A DNA stretch of 64,000 bases, from positions 336,040,001 to 336,104,000 of the forward strand of contig OZ024742.1 of assembly GCA_964016885.1 (NCBI GenBank), written 5' to 3'. The position numbers were made by a program, and so were the translations under genes. Shown here piece by piece: positions 58,701 to 64,000 of this stretch. The first letter of the stretch is position 1. Each line of letters starts with the position of its first letter. The notes under the pieces were generated by a model that ran no database searches, had not been told where the DNA came from, and was given only the letters and a program-made list of their open reading frames with translations. This DNA comes from Eledone cirrhosa. Its lineage: Eukaryota.

Positions 58701-58947
58701 TATATGATATATCTCGTCGTTGGCGATTGTCAATGCGAGAAATTTCTCCAGGAAAGTTAACCAGGAATCTTTAAAAAAATCCCGCCCACCCACCGAAGTT
58801 AACAAAGAACTTAGTAGATCTACAAAACCAAATTATAAAATTATGATATTATAAGGTTAAATTGTTTAGAACTACAAGTGAAGTCATTCTTTAAATTCTT
58901 TTCCTTTTTTCAAATATACCTAACTGTACCAAGGATTTCACACATTT

Positions 58948-58980
<33 letters not shown>

Positions 58981-58986
<6 letters not shown>

Positions 58987-59688
58987 TTGGCGCTCTGAAA
59001 TAGCGATATATATATGAATGTATATATAGTGTATTTTGCAATACATGTATGCTTAATTAAAAGCATTTCGAAGACCTTATGCTATTGTTTTTAGAGTAGT
59101 GACAGTCTCACTTACTTTAAATATTCAGCAAACAGGGTAGATAAAGCTGACAGAGCTATGTTTCGTACTGATTGGTACTTATCAAAGCCAAGTACTCCAC
59201 CTGCCCGCTGAAAATCATGAATGTTTGATTCTTATAGAATTTCTAGTAATAATCAGGAACTGATTATACAGAGCAGTTGCCGGTCAAGCAGAAATTGAAA
59301 ATTAGAATTGGCGCTCTGAAATAGCGATATATATATGAATGTATATATAGTGTATTTTGCAATACATTCATATATATATCGCTATTTCAGAGCGACAATT
59401 CTAATTTTTAATTTCTGCTTGACCGGCAACCTCTCTGTATAATCAATTCCTCATTATTACTACAAATTCTATAAGAATCAAACATTCATGATTTTCAGTG
59501 GGCAGGTGGAGTACTTGGCTTTGATAAGTACCAATCAGTACGAAACATAGCTCTGTCAGCTTTATCTCCCCTGTTTGCTGAACATTTAAAGTAAGTGAGA
59601 CTGTCACTACTCTAAAAACAATAGCATACGGTCTTCGAAATGCTTTTAATTAAGCATACAGGGTATTGCAAAATACACTATATATACA

Positions 59689-59695
<7 letters not shown>
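58981..59695. mobile_element. Tandem plus inverted ~321-bp monomer with a U3-A8 variant hammerhead on each arm, in (TA)n
   Basis: ttagaattggcgctctgaaatagcg... occurs at 58981 and 59302. 59362-59695 is the reverse complement of the monomer. HHR(+) 59517-59561: ggct-TTGATAA-gtac[caatca]gtac-GAAA-catagctctg-TC^agct. HHR(-) 59145-59189. Confidence 0.88.
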
Positions 59696-59725
<30 letters not shown>

Positions 59726-60008
59726 CAAGAAAGAAGAGTGACATGGTTCGCTATACATTGCTGACAATTGTTTCTTTGATCTGGTAGGTCTAGAGTTCGC
59801 TATCCGCCTGAGTAAGTGGACTGCCTATAACGATAACCTGTTATTCCGTATATATATATATATGAATAAAGTTAGTCCTTCATCAGTGATCTTCCAACCA
59901 TCATTGGTATTTCATCGCTTTAAAGACCATATACCTCCGGTTGGTGCGAGCAACGGCTAAAAATAGTCGTTGGGACACGTAAATAAAGGGGACACGAGAG
60001 TGTAAACA

Positions 60009-60054
<46 letters not shown>

Positions 60055-60598
60055 TTAATACAATGAAATAAAAAATGAAGTCATTAGAGATATACTTCTC
60101 TGATTTACGATCGTTTCTAGATGATGATAATAAATTGTAGCTATACTTTGTTATTGATCTATGTATGGTTAGTTACAAAATATCAGATAAAGAGAATATT
60201 TACTTACATGCATATCACCAGCTGTTTTCAAAAGCAATAATAATTTTATTCAGAATTAGTAGTATATTAGTATCTTGTCCTTATTTGGAGGTAGTTAAAG
60301 AACTAACCAATCAAATTGTTTTTTCCATATGATGTTAAGATGAAAAGTAATTCACTTTAGTTGAGGTCATGACCCTTTGAAAGGAATGGTTGAATGGTGT
60401 TAATAATAGAATTGTCATAAAAAATGTATTAGGAGGAAAGGGATTGTCAAATTGATAGTTGAATGTATATGGTATAGAGAAGTTTAAAAGGAATGTAAAA
60501 ATAAATGGTGATTAGTGTTGTATTGAGTTTTTAGGTGAATATAAATTAAGGTCATGGCTAGGAAAGATAGTATATTAAAAGATGAAAATTATAATAAA

Positions 60599-60772
60599 AT
60601 AATTGTTTCTACTTTTGGCACAAGGCCAGCAATTACCCAGTGTATTACTGGTACTTTATTTTATAGATCCCGTAAGGATGAAAGGCAAAGTTAACCTCGG
60701 CGGGATTTGAACTCAGATCGTAAAGGGACGTAACTACGCTGGAAAGCATGTCTGACCCTCTACCAATACTGG
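60599..60772 (-). mobile_element. SINE family A copy
   Basis: Reverse-complement consensus. Confidence 0.88.
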
Positions 60773-62022
60773 ATGAAATATAGTTATGCAATAATATGAT
60801 ATAACCAACACAATATAGTACGGTGTATATGTATATATATATTCTGTATGTTTGTATAAATGCGTACTTTCTCACACGCACGCATGCACACGTATTTCAG
60901 AAAGTTAAATGCATAGTCGGACACATACGCTCAATTACACTTGCAGACACACATACGCTACAAACTAGTCACAGATGTGTATGGCATTTAATTAAAATTA
61001 ATATCAACGTTAAAAAAAAAGACTAAAAAAAAATATTTATATTAATGGTGATGATGATAGAAATTATTCGTTTTTCGCGTAGTTTGAAAACTAGTTAAGA
61101 AAATATTGTTTTGCGTGGGTGGAACATGAGATTCATATGCATTTACCAATAATAATAATAATGATAATGATTTCTCTTATTCACCATATCAAGAAAAGCA
61201 TTAGGATGGCACAGGACAAAAACATAGTGTGTGTGTTTGTGTGTTAGTGTGAGAGCTAAGCGTGTTAACGGATTTAACAATTGTGAAAAAGAAAATTAAC
61301 AAAAATCAAACAAAGGGAATTCCTCAATAGGGAGGATATTGTTCGGGGGCTGCTTTATGGAAACAACTCCATAAAACTAGGAGTGCCCTGATCTCTCGGA
61401 CAGGTTCTCTGTCCGTGTTGTACTCCTCTAATCTACAAGCGCACACTCAAAGCGGGCCCATTCACTCGGGCCATGCTTGCCTCTTCCAAAAACCTTACAA
61501 CAAACTATTTGGAAGGCAGCACTTCCCTCTCAACTCTGATTTTTCTCTCCAAGTGAAACCTGAAAAAGTTAATCAGGGCTTCTCTGAAGAGGAAAGTGCT
61601 TGAAAGAAGCACCATTTTCTGTTTCTTTTTATGTCATCTAATTGAATTAAAGTCCCGGAATAGGTACACTTGAACTTTTTTTAAGAATGGAAGAGTTTCG
61701 TTGGAGGAAATGTCTATGACGGCGGCTTGTTGACATTAGAGACCAACTGAATTTTAGTTGTAAAAAAATATGTAATTCTGCTGAATTTTGTAATCTGCTA
61801 AGGAGTTTCTGTGGATAGAGGCGATTGACAAAATGTCATTCAAGAAAGAATGGAACCTTGAGAAGACCCGGGTGAAAAGAAAACTGCAATGAATATGTCA
61901 TAGTCATACGTTGTTTGACATATATTTTATTGTGGGAATATAGAACACTAGTGAGTAAAATGATTGAGACAATAGAAATAGGGGGTGGGGTAACAATGTA
62001 AAGGCGACAAAAATAGAGAGAC

Positions 62023-62086
<64 letters not shown>

Positions 62087-62971
62087 AAAGGGAGTGACAA
62101 AAGAGAGTAGTTAATCGACGGTAAAGACAAGGGAGAGACGAAAGAAGACACACACAGGGATGAATTGGAAAAATAAGAGAAACAATAGATTCAATGTCTT
62201 ATATATAGATTGTCCATAAGTATAGAGTATTTAAAAAGAGACAAAAGGACCTGGTCGTCAGATTGGACAAAGGCAACAAGGTTTCTATTGGTCTTTCCAT
62301 TGCTGATAATATATACTTATAACTCCTAACAGAAGGAGCAAGACCCCTCCCCCCTCAACAAACGTGAAAACATTTGTTAACTGAAAGCTTCTGGGTGAAA
62401 GCGTTGAGCTCAATGCCCTAAATTATGGTTGCTGGAGTTACAACTGTTTTCTTGACCTTAAGGTTCTGGCAATCGCTAATTAGAAAGAATAGGCCTACTC
62501 TGAGTAACACTAGTAGATTGGAGGAGGAAAATTGGGAGAGGGGAATTGTCTTTGCAGTCAGGTTGAGTGTGGATTTTTGTGGGCTTTCTCCCCGAGAGAC
62601 CCTCGGAGGTATCCCCACTTCGGAATTTATTATATTTGGTGTTTTAAATGTTTATTTATTAACCTTTCTTATAAACCTTTTTTATGAACCTTTCTTTCAC
62701 ACAAAAAGCCCACTCTGTACCGTCCTGTACTGTCTATATTGCCCTCTTAATGTAAACCCTGTGCGGCTAATAAAGAAACTATTGCTATGAATGGGTGCCT
62801 GGCATCTGGAATGTTGCCAGGCGCTCACTGCCCTCTACCAGTCGGGCAATGCGGTCAGTGTAAATGTCATGCTAGATTTCTATAGAGGATTAGTGATGGA
62901 CAAGTGCGTCGATGATCTTGGAGGGGCTCTGGGCGTCGACGATATTTAACTGACCATACTACTATTAATAA

Positions 62972-63355
62972 TAATTGTTTCTACTTTTGGCATAAGGCCA
63001 GCAAATACCCAGTACATTACTGGTACTTTATTTTATCGACCCCGTAAGGATGAAAAACAAAGTCAACATCGGCGGGGTTTGAACTCAGAATGGCAAGGGC
63101 CGTAACTCTATGCATCTACCGATATTGCCAATCCACCGCCCTATTATAATAAAAAATACGAACAAAGTAAATAAATACTAACAATTGTTTCTACTTTTGG
63201 CACAAGGCCAGCAATTATCCCAGTGCATTACTGGTACTTTATTTTATCGACCCCGTAAGGATGAAAGGCAAAGATGAACTCAGACCATAAAGGGCTGTAC
63301 CTCTTTGCTGCAAAGCATGGCGTTCGATGCCCTACTGATACTGCCACTCCACCTA
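62972..63355 (-). mobile_element. Two tandem SINE family A copies
   Basis: Reverse-complement consensus at 62972-63142 and 63183-63355. Confidence 0.87.
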
Positions 63356-63509
63356 ATAATGTAGAAATATATATTTGATAAAAAAAACGAACGTATGAAA
63401 ATAATTTGGTAGTACAGGCGACCTTGTTCTCCGTAATCTGTCTTCTCCAGACAATGCTAATACCTTATTTCCTTCTCCTCCTCTTCATCGTACATTGAGG
63501 TGTTGAAAT

Positions 63510-63606
<97 letters not shown>

Positions 63607-63765
63607 TACACACAAAAAACACGATTTGCACATACATACACACACACACACGCACACACACACACACATATATATATACATATATATATATGTATATATG
63701 TATATATAATGTGTGTGTGTATATATGTATGTGTATTTATATGTATGTATATATATGTATGTGTG

Positions 63766-63802
<37 letters not shown>

Positions 63803-63950
63803 GTGTGTATATGTATGTATATATATGTGTGTATATATATATGCATATATATATGTGTATATATATATATATGCATATATATATATGTGTATATATAGGT
63901 GTGTATATATAGGTGTGTATATATATATATGTATATATATATATATACAC

Positions 63951-63997
<47 letters not shown>

Positions 63998-64000
63998 CAC

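Noticed and set aside
61380-62945. Possible decayed L1/Tx1-type ORF1 remnants on minus strand
   Set aside because: Only a vague VEG..C..C similarity, too degraded to support.

Overview
AT-rich, microsatellite-saturated animal DNA; the repeat landscape ((TA)n/(CA)n/(TATG)n tracts, tRNA-derived SINEs, RTE and R4-type LINEs, Helitrons) suggests a cephalopod such as Octopus, which is an inference. The only host coding sequence I can support is the first coding exon of a Shaw/Kv3-type voltage-gated potassium channel (T1 domain, 10687-10999, +). No further exon is visible, so the remaining ~53 kb is probably one large intron. Almost all other ORFs in the track are artefacts of simple repeats. The most striking signal is about 15 short non-coding insertions from several unrelated families, mostly in or beside (TA)n tracts. 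They carry type I hammerhead ribozyme motifs (CUGANGA...GAAA...NUH with a short palindromic stem III), and many are arranged as tail-to-tail foldbacks, as expected of Penelope-like pseudo-LTRs or non-LTR retrozymes. One copy has a compensatory U3-A8 core. One family is twice associated with inverted duplication of neighbouring host DNA. A separate nest of (TATG)n-embedded retroelements lies at 52-56 kb: an RTE LINE with C2H2 fingers, its non-autonomous derivatives and R4-type fragments. All structures were read by eye and coordinates are approximate to a few bases.
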